Below, piece by piece: positions 53,870 through 63,252 of a DNA stretch of 64,000 bases (positions within the stretch are counted from its first letter, which is position 1; each line of letters starts with the position of its first letter). The notes under the pieces were generated by a model. The model was not told the origin of the DNA. It was given only the letters and a program-made list of their open reading frames with translations, and made no database searches. The stretch is taken from positions 64,001 to 128,000 of the forward strand of contig CBDIIB010000005.1 in the NCBI GenBank assembly GCA_965279525.1. The letters are read 5' to 3'. The stretch comes from Tagaea sp. Lineage in GTDB: Bacteria; Pseudomonadota; Alphaproteobacteria; CACIAM-22H2. The position numbers and the translations under genes are program-made.

Positions 53870-55091
53870 GTGCGACCTGTGTCACGTCGATCGAACGCGC
53901 GCGGAAGCCTGCTTCGCAATAGGCGAGGTAGAACTCCCACATGCGCTTGAAGCGCGCGTCGAAGCCGAGCCCCTGGATCTCGGGCCATGCGCGCTGGAAG
54001 CGACGGTTCCATTCGGCCAGCGTCTGCGCATAGTCGAGGCCGAAATTGCTCTGCCCGTCGAGCGTCAGCCCGGCGCGCGCGATCTCGGCCTTGAGGGCCG
54101 CATCCGACGGCAGCATGCCGCCCGGAAAGATGTAGCGCTGGATGAAATCCACGCCGTTGCGGTAGCTGTCGAAGAAGCGGTCGGCGATCGTGATGATCTG
54201 CAAGGCCGCCCGTCCGCCCGGCGCGAGGCTATCGCGCAGCTTGCCGAAATAGGCCGGCCAGTATTTCTCGCCGACCGCCTCGAACATCTCGATCGACGCG
54301 ATGCGATCGAAGCGCCCCTCGACGTCGCGGTAGTCGACGAAGCGCGGCTCGACGAGGTCGCCCAGCCCCTCTTTCTGCACGCGGGCCTGCGTGTGCGCGA
54401 GCTGCTCGCGCGAGACCGTGATCGCCGTCACGTGCGCGCCGAACTCCTTGGCAAGATATGCCGCGAACGAGCCCCAGCCGCAGCCGATCTCGAGCACCTT
54501 CTGGCCGGGCTTCACGCCCATCATCGCGGCCATGCGGGCGAACTTGGCCTGCTGGGCCGCCTCCAGGTCCTTCGCCCCGTCGGCATAGACGGCCGAGGAA
54601 TAGGCCATCGAAGGATCGAGCCAGCGCCGGTAGAACTCGTTCCCGAGATCGTAGTGATACGCGATGTTGCGCTTCGAGCCGCTGCGCGTGTTGGCGCGCA
54701 GCGCATGCCAGAACTTGCGCGCGAAGCCGACGACGGTCGCAAGGCGCGTGGCCTTGCCATAGTGGATGTCGTCGATCGCCGCCTCGTTGAGGGCGGCAAG
54801 TTCTAGCAATGCCGCAAGCCCGGGCGTGTCGATGTCGCCGTCCATGTAGGCTTCGGCGAAGCCGACATTGCCGCCGAACAGGATGCGGCGTGCCGCACGC
54901 TTCGTGCGCAGCGACAGCGTGGCGACGGGTCCGGGCCGGGCACCCGTGAAGACATGGCGGCGGCCCGTCGGCGTGAAGACCGTCAGTTCGCCAAGCTCGA
55001 TGCGCGCGGCGGCCATCAGGATGGCGCGCAGCGCGAAGCTCTGGCGGCGGATGTCGGCCTGCGGCAGGGCCGTGGCGTCAGATTCGCGCAT
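53856..55091 (-). CDS. Cyclopropane-fatty-acyl-phospholipid synthase family methyltransferase (CfaS/UfaM-like)
   Basis: NIAYHYDLGNEFY, LEIGCGWG, SIEMFEAVG, FIQRYIFPGG, WEFYLAYCEAGF. Confidence 0.93.
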   Translation of the reverse strand: MRESDATALPQADIRRQSFALRAILMAAARIELGELTVFTPTGRRHVFTGARPGPVATLSLRTKRAARRILFGGNVGFAEAYMDGDIDTPGLAALLELAALNEAAIDDIHYGKATRLATVVGFARKFWHALRANTRSGSKRNIAYHYDLGNEFYRRWLDPSMAYSSAVYADGAKDLEAAQQAKFARMAAMMGVKPGQKVLEIGCGWGSFAAYLAKEFGAHVTAITVSREQLAHTQARVQKEGLGDLVEPRFVDYRDVEGRFDRIASIEMFEAVGEKYWPAYFGKLRDSLAPGGRAALQIITIADRFFDSYRNGVDFIQRYIFPGGMLPSDAALKAEIARAGLTLDGQSNFGLDYAQTLAEWNRRFQRAWPEIQGLGFDARFKRMWEFYLAYCEAGFRARSIDVTQVALVRP

Positions 55092-55887
55092 GATGGCCTC
55101 GTCCCGTGGCAACCGGTTCGACCGTCTCGACCGCGTCGGCGGGAGGTGCCGGGCGCGGATGGTACTTCGCTCCCTTGATCCAGAGGCGCAGAGCCTCCCA
55201 GTGGATCGCACCCATCACTTTAGCGGTAAGCAGCGGGTAGCGGAAGAAGGCGCGCAGCAAGTTGGCGTCCGACCACGCCACGCGCCGCGCCGTCTGGCTT
55301 GCGACAAGAAGTTCTCCTGCCGGCGTGTCCTCGCGGATCAGCAGGGCGAGCTTCTCCTCCGGCTCGTCGACCCGGAAGCGGTAGTCCGCGCGCATGTCGA
55401 TGAAGGGCGAGACGTGGAAGCGCTTGGCCGCGCGCTGCACGACCGGGCTGCCGGGTTCGCGGGCCGCAGCGACCGGGATCAGGTAGCCGTGCTGGTCGCC
55501 GAACGTGTTCTTCACTTCGTAGAGGATCGCGCCAAGCCGGCCGGCGGAATCGTAGGCGTAGTAGACCGTGATCGGATTGAACACGTAGCCGAGGATGCGC
55601 GGGAAGCAGAGCGCGAAGATCCGCGCACCCGCCTGCCCCAGTCCCGCTTCGGCAAGGCGCGCACGTACCCAGGCAAGCGTCGACGAGCCGTCGCGTGCAC
55701 CATGGTCCACGTCGTCGAACGAGAACAGGCGCGTGCGGTTGAAGCCGAACAGGCGCGAATTCCGGTCGAGCTCGGGCAGTGCTTCCAGATCGACCAGCAT
55801 CGAGAACACGCCATAGACGAAGCGGTGGCGGAAGGGCCGCAGGCGCGCGTGCATCACGTTGCCGAAATAGAGACAGGTCTGCGGCAT
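55078..55887 (-). CDS. DUF1365 family protein (UfaO-like)
   Basis: VMHARLRPFRHRF, PRILGYVFNP, EVKNTFG, FHVSPF, IHWEALRLW.KG. Confidence 0.9.
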   Translation of the reverse strand: MPQTCLYFGNVMHARLRPFRHRFVYGVFSMLVDLEALPELDRNSRLFGFNRTRLFSFDDVDHGARDGSSTLAWVRARLAEAGLGQAGARIFALCFPRILGYVFNPITVYYAYDSAGRLGAILYEVKNTFGDQHGYLIPVAAAREPGSPVVQRAAKRFHVSPFIDMRADYRFRVDEPEEKLALLIREDTPAGELLVASQTARRVAWSDANLLRAFFRYPLLTAKVMGAIHWEALRLWIKGAKYHPRPAPPADAVETVEPVATGRGHHARI

Positions 55888-55891
55888 GGCG

Positions 55892-57220
55892 TCAGTCCGC
55901 CGCCATCGGCATGTCGCGGGCCGATGCGCCAAGCCACGGACGGCGCACACCCAATGCCTCGGCGACCGCGAGGCCCGAGCGCAGCCCGTCCTCGTGGAAG
56001 CCGTAGCCGGTCCACGCCCCGCAATAATGCAGCCCGCGCGTCCCCTGGATTTCGGCAAGCCGGCGCTGGGCGGCAAGGGCCGCGGCATCGAACACCGGAT
56101 GCATATAGTCGAACTCGGCAAGTGCGGTGCCGGCGCGCGGTTCACGGATCGGGTTCAGCGACACGAAGAGCGGGAATTCGTCGGGCAGGTTCTGCAGCCG
56201 GTTCATCCAGTAGGTGACCGACACGTCGAGTTCGCCCGCCATGCCGCCCGTGCCACGCTCGGCCAGATAGTTCCAGCTTGCCCAGGCGCGCTTGCGCACC
56301 GGCATCAGCGCTGCGTCCTGGTGCAGCACCGCGCGGTTGGGCTGGAACGAGAAGCGGCCGAGGATGTCACGTTCGGCCGGCGTGGGGCCGTCGATCAGCG
56401 CCAGCGTCTCGTCGGCGTGGGCCGCCATGACCACGCGGTCGAAGCGCCGCGCGTTGCCCCGCGCGTCGTGGACCGTCACGCCGTCGGCGCCCGGAACCAC
56501 GCGCACCGCACCCGTGCCGGCAAGGGCGGCCGGGCCGATCTCGGCAAGCAGGCGGTCGCGATAGACGCGGCTGCCGCCCTTGACCGTGCGCCACAAGGGC
56601 CGGTCGAAAAGTTGCAGCAGGCCGTGGTTGTTGAAAAAGCGCGCGAGGCTGGGGGCCGGGAACGCCATCATCGCCGAGGCCGGGCACGACCAGATCGCGG
56701 CCGCCATCGGCAGCAGATGGTTCTCGACGAAAGCGCGGCTGTAGCCGCCCTGGTCGAGGAACGTGCCGAGATCGGGGCCGGATTCCTCGGCCTTGCACAG
56801 CGAGCGCGCGTCGCGGAAGAAGCGCATGCAGTCGCCCAGCATGCGCCAGTGGTCGAGGCGCACGAGATTGCGCTTCTGCGCGAACAGCCCGCGCCACGAC
56901 CCGCCCGAATACTCGACCCGGCCGCGGTCGATCGAGGCCGAGAACGACATGTTCGAGGTCTCGTTGGCGATGCCCAGATGCGCGAACAGCGCGATCAGGT
57001 CGGGATAGGTGGCGTCGTTGTAGACGATGAAGCCGGTATCGACGGGAAGCTCGCGCGTGGCGCCACCCGGTCCGCGCGCGGCGACCACGACGGTGTTCGA
57101 GTGGCCGCCATAGCGCGCCTGCTTCTCGTAGAGCGTCACGTTGTGGCGCCGATTCAGCAGCCATGCGGCACCCAGACCCGACACGCCCGACCCGACGACC
57201 GCGATATCCAAAGTTTTCAT
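55892..57220 (-). CDS. FAD-dependent oxidoreductase (UfaD-like)
   Basis: GSGVSGL, GGHSNT, VDTGFIVYN, WASWNY, GYGFHEDG. Confidence 0.9.
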   Translation of the reverse strand: MKTLDIAVVGSGVSGLGAAWLLNRRHNVTLYEKQARYGGHSNTVVVAARGPGGATRELPVDTGFIVYNDATYPDLIALFAHLGIANETSNMSFSASIDRGRVEYSGGSWRGLFAQKRNLVRLDHWRMLGDCMRFFRDARSLCKAEESGPDLGTFLDQGGYSRAFVENHLLPMAAAIWSCPASAMMAFPAPSLARFFNNHGLLQLFDRPLWRTVKGGSRVYRDRLLAEIGPAALAGTGAVRVVPGADGVTVHDARGNARRFDRVVMAAHADETLALIDGPTPAERDILGRFSFQPNRAVLHQDAALMPVRKRAWASWNYLAERGTGGMAGELDVSVTYWMNRLQNLPDEFPLFVSLNPIREPRAGTALAEFDYMHPVFDAAALAAQRRLAEIQGTRGLHYCGAWTGYGFHEDGLRSGLAVAEALGVRRPWLGASARDMPMAAD

Positions 57221-57221
57221 C

Positions 57222-58658
57222 TCAGGCGGCCTCGCGCAGGGACTGGAAGGCGGCAAGGGCGCGCGCACGCGCCTCGCCATGATCGACGAGCGGCTTGGGA
57301 TAGGTCTTGCCGAGCGTCACGCCCGCGGCACGCAGCACGAGGTCGGGTGCTTCCCACGGCGCGAACAGGTTCTCGTTCGGCAGGCCGGCGATCTCGGGCA
57401 CCCACCGGCGCGTATAGGCACCGTCGGGATCGAATTTCGCACCCTGCAGGATCGGATTGAAGATGCGGAAATAGGGGGCGGCGTCCGCCCCGCAGCCCGC
57501 GACCCACTGCCAGCTCGCCGCGTTGTTGGCGAGATCGGCGTCGACCAGCGTGTCCCAGAACCATTCCTGCCCGCGCTGCCACGGCAGCAGCAGGTGCTTG
57601 ACCAGGAACGAGGCGACGATCATGCGCACGCGGTTGTGCATCCAGCCGGTGTGCCAGAGCTCGCGCATGCCGGCATCGACGATGGGGTAGCCGGTGTTTC
57701 CCTTCTGCCAGGCACGCAGTTTCTTCGAGTCGTCCTTCCACGGGAACGCGCGGAAGTCGGCGCGCAGCGCCTGCTCGGGCAAGTCGGGGCGCTGGTAGAG
57801 CAGATGGTGGCTGAACTCGCGCCAGCCGATCTCGGAAAGGAAATGCTCGGCGCCGATCGTGCCGCCGGCGCGCGCGCGCGCGGCATGGAAGCACTGGCGC
57901 GGGCCGATCTCGCCGAAATGCAGATGCGCCGACAGGCGCGACGTGGCTTCCAGATCGGGCCGGTTGCGGTCGGTCTTGTAGGTTTCGACAGCACCATCGA
58001 GGAAGCGGTCGAGGCGGGCGTTGGCTCCGGCCTCGCCGGGTGTCCATGTCTTGCGGAATCCTGCCGCCCAGTCGGGCTTCGTCGGCAGCAGCTTCCAGCT
58101 TTCGAGCGAGTCGGATACCGGCCACGCGGCCGGGGCGGCGAGTTTCGAAGGCGCCTTTGCGGGCAGCGGCGGCTCGTCGCCGGCAAGGCACGTCTTCCAG
58201 AACTGCGTGAACACCCGATAGGGCTCGCCCGCCTTGTTGCGGATCGTCCACGGCTCGAACAGCAGGCTCGAATTGAAGCTCTTCGCGACGAGGCCGCGCG
58301 CCTCGAGCGACTTCTTCAGCCCCGCATCGCGCGCGATCGACGCCGGCTCGTAGCGCCGGTTCCAGTGCACGCCGGCCGCCCCCGTCTCGTCGATCAGCTT
58401 GTCGAGCACGGCCGCACTCTTGCCGCGCCGCAGGATCAGGCGGCTGCCGCGCGCGGCAAGGTCTTTGGCAAGGCTCGCCAGCGAGTGATGCAGCCACCAG
58501 CGCGTCGCCCCGCCCGGCGCCCAATCCCCCTCGCCCGCCTCGTCGAAGATATAGACCGGCACCACCGGACGGTTCTCCGCCGCGGCCCCGGCGAGGGCCG
58601 GATTGTCGGTCAGACGCAAGTCCTGGCGGAACCAGACGAGAAGCGGTGCTAAGGCCAT
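57222..58658 (-). CDS. phrA: Deoxyribodipyrimidine photolyase
   Basis: WFRQDLRLTDNPAL, TSRLSAHLHFGE, TGYPIVDAGMREL..TGWMHNRVRM, PYFRIFNP. Confidence 0.95.
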   Translation of the reverse strand: MALAPLLVWFRQDLRLTDNPALAGAAAENRPVVPVYIFDEAGEGDWAPGGATRWWLHHSLASLAKDLAARGSRLILRRGKSAAVLDKLIDETGAAGVHWNRRYEPASIARDAGLKKSLEARGLVAKSFNSSLLFEPWTIRNKAGEPYRVFTQFWKTCLAGDEPPLPAKAPSKLAAPAAWPVSDSLESWKLLPTKPDWAAGFRKTWTPGEAGANARLDRFLDGAVETYKTDRNRPDLEATSRLSAHLHFGEIGPRQCFHAARARAGGTIGAEHFLSEIGWREFSHHLLYQRPDLPEQALRADFRAFPWKDDSKKLRAWQKGNTGYPIVDAGMRELWHTGWMHNRVRMIVASFLVKHLLLPWQRGQEWFWDTLVDADLANNAASWQWVAGCGADAAPYFRIFNPILQGAKFDPDGAYTRRWVPEIAGLPNENLFAPWEAPDLVLRAAGVTLGKTYPKPLVDHGEARARALAAFQSLREAA

Positions 58659-58666
58659 GGCGTTGA

Positions 58667-58692
58667 TACGCAAGCGGTTCGGGGCCGGATCA
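58667..58692 (-). promoter_or_regulatory. sigmaE (RpoE-ChrR)-type promoter of the photolyase operon
   Basis: Minus strand TGATCC-N15-GCGTA, exact consensus, 8 nt before the ATG. Confidence 0.85.
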
Positions 58693-59346
58693 CTTTAGGC
58701 GGCGGGGCCCCGGGACGACAGGTTCGAGGCGCTGGCCCGGGACCAGCTGCAGCCGGTCCGGCCCCAGCAGCAGGGCGCGGACCCGGACCCGGCCGAACAG
58801 GCGGGAAATGGCCGGATCCAGCACGTCGAGCCCGCCTTCGGGGGCGCCGAAGGCCGGCATGACCATGCGCCGCCCGTCGAGGAAGAAGCAGGGGGCGAGC
58901 GTGCGGCCGGCCGCATTGGTGACCGCCCCGACCGGGCGCAATCCGCCCACGATCTCGCCATATCCCAGCGTGCCCGCGACCGCCGGCGCCGCGCGCAGGG
59001 CGAGCTTGTCCTCGACGATCTCGGCAACCGGCGTACCGCCGATGCCGGCCGGGATCGCCGGACCAGGGCTGCCGGCGACCCACACCCAGTCCTGCCCCTT
59101 GACCAGCCGGGCGAGGAATTCGAGATCGGCCGAAGCGATGCGCCGGCCGGCGAACGGATCGCCCAGACAGGCGATGCGGCCGGGCATGTATTTGCGTGTC
59201 AACCTCTGCAGATGGCGCAGTGCGCCGGCCGCACCCTTGCCCAGATGCAGGTCGGCGACGACCAGCGTGCGCCGCGCCGGCCAGAACAGGGCGCCGGCGG
59301 GGTCGGCGAACAGGGCGGTCTCTTCGAGCGTGATGCGCGCGTGCAT
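58690..59346 (-). CDS. Degenerate PdeM-like metallophosphoesterase
   Basis: GALFWP...LVVADLHLGK, CLGD, PCF...MPAFG...GGLDVLDPA retained; GNHD and GHxHP motifs replaced. Confidence 0.7.
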   Translation of the reverse strand: MHARITLEETALFADPAGALFWPARRTLVVADLHLGKGAAGALRHLQRLTRKYMPGRIACLGDPFAGRRIASADLEFLARLVKGQDWVWVAGSPGPAIPAGIGGTPVAEIVEDKLALRAAPAVAGTLGYGEIVGGLRPVGAVTNAAGRTLAPCFFLDGRRMVMPAFGAPEGGLDVLDPAISRLFGRVRVRALLLGPDRLQLVPGQRLEPVVPGPRRLK

Positions 59347-59396
59347 GCGAGGTTTATACAGCAGGACCCAAATGGCGGGCTGCTAGACTGTCTCCC

Positions 59397-60878
59397 ATGA
59401 ACGAAGAATTCCGCATCCTCGAACGGCAATACTACATGACGATGGCGATCCCCTTCGTCATCGACATGGCCATCACCGCCATCGTGGTCGCGAACATCGC
59501 GTATCCCGGCATCCTCGAACGCAACCTGCTGACCGGCGGCGTGCTGCTGCTCGCCGGTCTCCATCTCTACGCGCGCTGGCGCTATGCGCCGATCGCCGCC
59601 GCACTCGCCGACGGCGTGGACATGAAGCGCATGGAGCGCGCGCTCACGCAGCTGCCGCTGCATTCGGCGAAATGGGCGGGCTCGGCCTATCTCGTCGTCA
59701 TGGCGCTGCGCCTGCTGCCGCCGCTGCTGTTCGACGGCCGGTCGCTGTTTGGCACACCCGCCGGCGCGCTGGTGCCGACCTGGCTCGACGTGATCCTGAC
59801 CATCGCGGTCTCGGGCGGCTTCATGTTCGTGGCCACCTATTTCATCGCCAGCGACTTCCTCGAACGGCTGTGCGCGCGCATCTTCGCGGCGAGCGGGGCC
59901 AATCTCGGACTGTTCTTCGGCCGCTTCGCCACCAAGATCGGCATCGCGCTCGTCTTCTCGTCGGTCGCCCCGATGGTGCTGGTCGCGGGCGATCTCGCCT
60001 CCTATTCGGGCGAGCGGCTAGTGGACGAGATCATGGTCGACCTGTCGGTCTCGGTGTTCGGCCTCGTGGCGCTGCTGTGGTGGACGACGCGCACGCTGGG
60101 CCGGCCGCTCAAGCGCCTCGACGAGGGCATGCGGCTGGCGGCGGAAGGCGATCTCGGCGTGCGCCTGCCGGTGACCTCAAACGAGGAGATCGGGGCGCTG
60201 ACCGCGCGCTTCAACGCGATGGTCGAGGGCCTGCGCGAACGCGAGCGCATCCGCGAGACCTTCGGCAAGTACGTCAGCGAAAGCGTGGCGGGCGAACTGC
60301 TGCGCGACGCATCCGACGGACGGCTCGACGGGCGCACGGCCGAGGCCACGCTGATGTTCACCGACATCGAGGGATTCACGACGCTGTCGGAAACGCTCGC
60401 CCCCGCCGACGTGATCCGCCTGCTCAACGACTACCTGCCGCGCGTGGTCGAACCGATCCAGCGCCACGGCGGCGTGGTCAACGGCTTCATCGGCGACGGA
60501 CTGTTTGCGAGCTTCAACATGCCCGTCGCGTTGCCCGACCATGCCGCGCGCGCACTGGACGCCGCGCGCGACATCCAGCGCGCCCTCGCCGGATTCCGCA
60601 CCCAAAGCGGCGAAGCGCTCGTCACGCGCATCGGCATCAATACCGGCACGGTCGTGGGCGGCACGATCGGTGCCGGCGACCGGCTCAGCTACACGCTGCT
60701 GGGCGATGCCGTGAACGCGGCGGCCCGGCTCGAGGCGCTCAACAAGCAGCACGGCACGACCATCCTGCTGAGCGAGGCCACGCGCGTCGCGGCCGGTGCC
60801 GTGCACGAATACAGGCTGGTCGGCGAGGTGGAACTGCGCGGGCGCAGCGAGACGATGCGCGTGTTCACGCTGGATTAG
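59397..60878 (+). CDS. Membrane-bound class III adenylate/guanylate cyclase with HAMP domain
   Basis: Several transmembrane segments, HAMP (EEIGALTARFNAM), MFTDIEGFT, FIGDG, RIGINTG, GDAVNAAARLE. Confidence 0.92.
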   Translation: MNEEFRILERQYYMTMAIPFVIDMAITAIVVANIAYPGILERNLLTGGVLLLAGLHLYARWRYAPIAAALADGVDMKRMERALTQLPLHSAKWAGSAYLVVMALRLLPPLLFDGRSLFGTPAGALVPTWLDVILTIAVSGGFMFVATYFIASDFLERLCARIFAASGANLGLFFGRFATKIGIALVFSSVAPMVLVAGDLASYSGERLVDEIMVDLSVSVFGLVALLWWTTRTLGRPLKRLDEGMRLAAEGDLGVRLPVTSNEEIGALTARFNAMVEGLRERERIRETFGKYVSESVAGELLRDASDGRLDGRTAEATLMFTDIEGFTTLSETLAPADVIRLLNDYLPRVVEPIQRHGGVVNGFIGDGLFASFNMPVALPDHAARALDAARDIQRALAGFRTQSGEALVTRIGINTGTVVGGTIGAGDRLSYTLLGDAVNAAARLEALNKQHGTTILLSEATRVAAGAVHEYRLVGEVELRGRSETMRVFTLD

Positions 60879-61097
60879 CCGCAATCCGATCGGCCGGCAT
60901 CCGCCAGCCGGATATCGCATGATTAAGGCTCGCGATTAATCGGTGCGGTGTCTAGATACCGGCGGGTATAAATCTGTGGATACAACCTAAAAAACCCCGA
61001 CGCTTCTCTGATGCGGCCTTCCGCGTTTTCGGGATTACATATAATATCACCCATGGGTGAAGCTTTTCTGGAACACCATCCTTAGTGGAGCACCTTC

Positions 61098-63230
61098 ATG
61101 AAGGCCGCTAATGCATTGAAAGCACTAGCACTATCTTCAGTTGTTCTCGGATGTTCCTACGACGTCGACATCAATGGCCGTAAGGAAGATCCGGACCAGG
61201 CAGCGACACTGGACTATGACGGCCTGCGGCAGGCGCCCGGCCTCGGCTGGTATGAGCTGTCGCAAGGATGGAATTCCGAACTCCGGCGCGCTTTCTGGTT
61301 CACGCCGCAAGGATCGGCGCTCATCCCTTACAAGTGGTTCCTGAATCTCGAGATGCCGAAACGGAACTGCGAGGGGAAATCCGACGCGGCGCTGAACAAG
61401 GGGAACTGGACCTATTTCCGGGATTCGGGCCATCTGCGCAGCCTCGGATTCATCCCCGCTTCCTCGGATCCCGTCTGGAATCCGGACGGGTTGCCCATCG
61501 GATTCGCCAAGTCGAGCACGCGAGAGGATGGTGAATTCCTGGGCCCCACTTGCGCCGCCTGCCACACGAATCTGATGCATCTGAAAGGCCGGAAGGTCCT
61601 CGTCGAAGGCGCACCCACACTTGCCGACATCCAGGGCCTGAATATCGGTCTGGCGAATGCGCTCTGCTCGATGGACGAAACGATGGTCGACAAGAACTTG
61701 CCGGATGCAGAATCCCGGAAGGCCGCGGCGAAAGCCCAGTTCAAGACATTCGCGGAAAAGGTGCTTGCCGGCGATCCGAAGGCGACCGGTGCCGAACCCT
61801 TCGCGAAGCTTCAGGAGGAGCTCTTCGCGAAGGTCCAGGAGCAGCGCGGCAGGATCATGGTCCGCAATGCGCGGAACTATTCGAACCTGAGCATCTATCC
61901 GCACTACGGCCGGGGCCGCCTCGACGCGGTCGGCGCCATCCTGAATGAAGCCGCGGTGGAAATCGCGAACCATGAAGACAACATCGTGCCCGCCAACGCG
62001 CCGGTGAGCTATCCCTTCCTCTGGGGAACGTCCCAGTCCGATGTCGTCCAGTGGAACGGATTCGCCCCCAATCAGTTCTTCGGCTTTGGCCCGCTCGGCC
62101 GGAACGCCGGCGAAGTCGTTGGCGTTTACGGATATCTGGACGCATTTCCGGAAAAAGTGGTCGAGGCGCAGAAACTGGAACTCCTCCGGAAACTGAAAGA
62201 CCTCAATTTTCTGCCTCCGGGGACTCCGGATGTGTCCAAAATCGATGGACCGTCGGATCGCAGTCTCACGACGACACTGACGGTCGATGACTTGAGGAAA
62301 TTCGCGCCGAAGGAAGTCGTCGAGGACGTAAACAGGCAGTCGCCTTTCCATCCGCTGCTGACCACGAGTGGATCGGCGCAGTTCGGTGGAATCGACTCGT
62401 CGATCCTGCTGAAGAATCTAGGCTCGATCGAACACTGGGTAGGCAAACTGCTCTCGCCGAAATGGCCGGCGGATGTATTGGGAAAAATCGATCCGGAAAA
62501 ATCCGGCCGGGGCAGGGAAATTTACGAGAATGCCTGCGCCAGCTGCCACCAGATCGTCGAGCGCCGCGATCAGCACAAGGCATACTTCGCGAAAATGGTC
62601 CGGATACCGGAAGTCGGAACCGATCCGGCAATGGCGGAGAACTTCCTGCTCGAGAGGCATCCGTCGACTGGCAAGCCCTGGAAAACGGGCTTCTTCAAAG
62701 ACACGAAAATCGGCTTTCCCTGGGAAGGCCGCTTCGGCGAGAACTTCACGGTCAGGGGCGAGGCGCTGACCGCCATCGTCTTCGACGTGATCCTCGGCAA
62801 ACTGCTGCCCGACGGGATTTCCGGCGCGATCCGCAGTCGGTCCGTCTCCGAGGAAAATCCGGCAACCAGTGCCGGCGGCGACAGGCTCTACCGCTACAAG
62901 GCGCGGCCGCTCAACGGAATCTGGGCAACGGCGCCGTATCTGCATAACGGGTCGGTGCCCAATCTTGCGCAGCTCCTGATGCCTGAAGCGGAACGGGACA
63001 AGATCTTCTGTGTCGGAAGCCGGGAATTCGACCCGGACGTCGTCGGCTTCGTCTCGAAGATCGGCCCGGACGGAAAATGCATCGACGTCGAGGACTACGC
63101 CATGCCGCTCGATACTTCCTATTTCGGAAGCTCGAACAGGGGCCATCACTATGGCGTCGAACTGGACAAGGACAAGGACAAGAACAGAGCCATGAAGGCC
63201 GACCTGCTTGAGTTCCTGAAAACACTCTAG
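61098..63230 (+). CDS. Di-haem c-type cytochrome lipoprotein, RoxA/MauG/CCP-like
   Basis: VLGC lipobox; CAACH (61551) and CASCH (62535); YKARPLNGIWATAPYLHNGSVP. Confidence 0.85.
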   Translation: MKAANALKALALSSVVLGCSYDVDINGRKEDPDQAATLDYDGLRQAPGLGWYELSQGWNSELRRAFWFTPQGSALIPYKWFLNLEMPKRNCEGKSDAALNKGNWTYFRDSGHLRSLGFIPASSDPVWNPDGLPIGFAKSSTREDGEFLGPTCAACHTNLMHLKGRKVLVEGAPTLADIQGLNIGLANALCSMDETMVDKNLPDAESRKAAAKAQFKTFAEKVLAGDPKATGAEPFAKLQEELFAKVQEQRGRIMVRNARNYSNLSIYPHYGRGRLDAVGAILNEAAVEIANHEDNIVPANAPVSYPFLWGTSQSDVVQWNGFAPNQFFGFGPLGRNAGEVVGVYGYLDAFPEKVVEAQKLELLRKLKDLNFLPPGTPDVSKIDGPSDRSLTTTLTVDDLRKFAPKEVVEDVNRQSPFHPLLTTSGSAQFGGIDSSILLKNLGSIEHWVGKLLSPKWPADVLGKIDPEKSGRGREIYENACASCHQIVERRDQHKAYFAKMVRIPEVGTDPAMAENFLLERHPSTGKPWKTGFFKDTKIGFPWEGRFGENFTVRGEALTAIVFDVILGKLLPDGISGAIRSRSVSEENPATSAGGDRLYRYKARPLNGIWATAPYLHNGSVPNLAQLLMPEAERDKIFCVGSREFDPDVVGFVSKIGPDGKCIDVEDYAMPLDTSYFGSSNRGHHYGVELDKDKDKNRAMKADLLEFLKTL

Positions 63231-63252
63231 TCCGCCAGCGAAGGAGCAGGAA

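Noticed and set aside
60879-61097. tRNA or att site at the composition shift; CtrA box at 60923-60939
   Set aside because: No cloverleaf, integrase or direct repeat is visible; the TTAA half-sites are 9 bp apart rather than 7.
63165-63182. (GACAAG)x3 as a phase-variation tract
   Set aside because: In-frame hexamer with only three copies, encoding DKDKDK.
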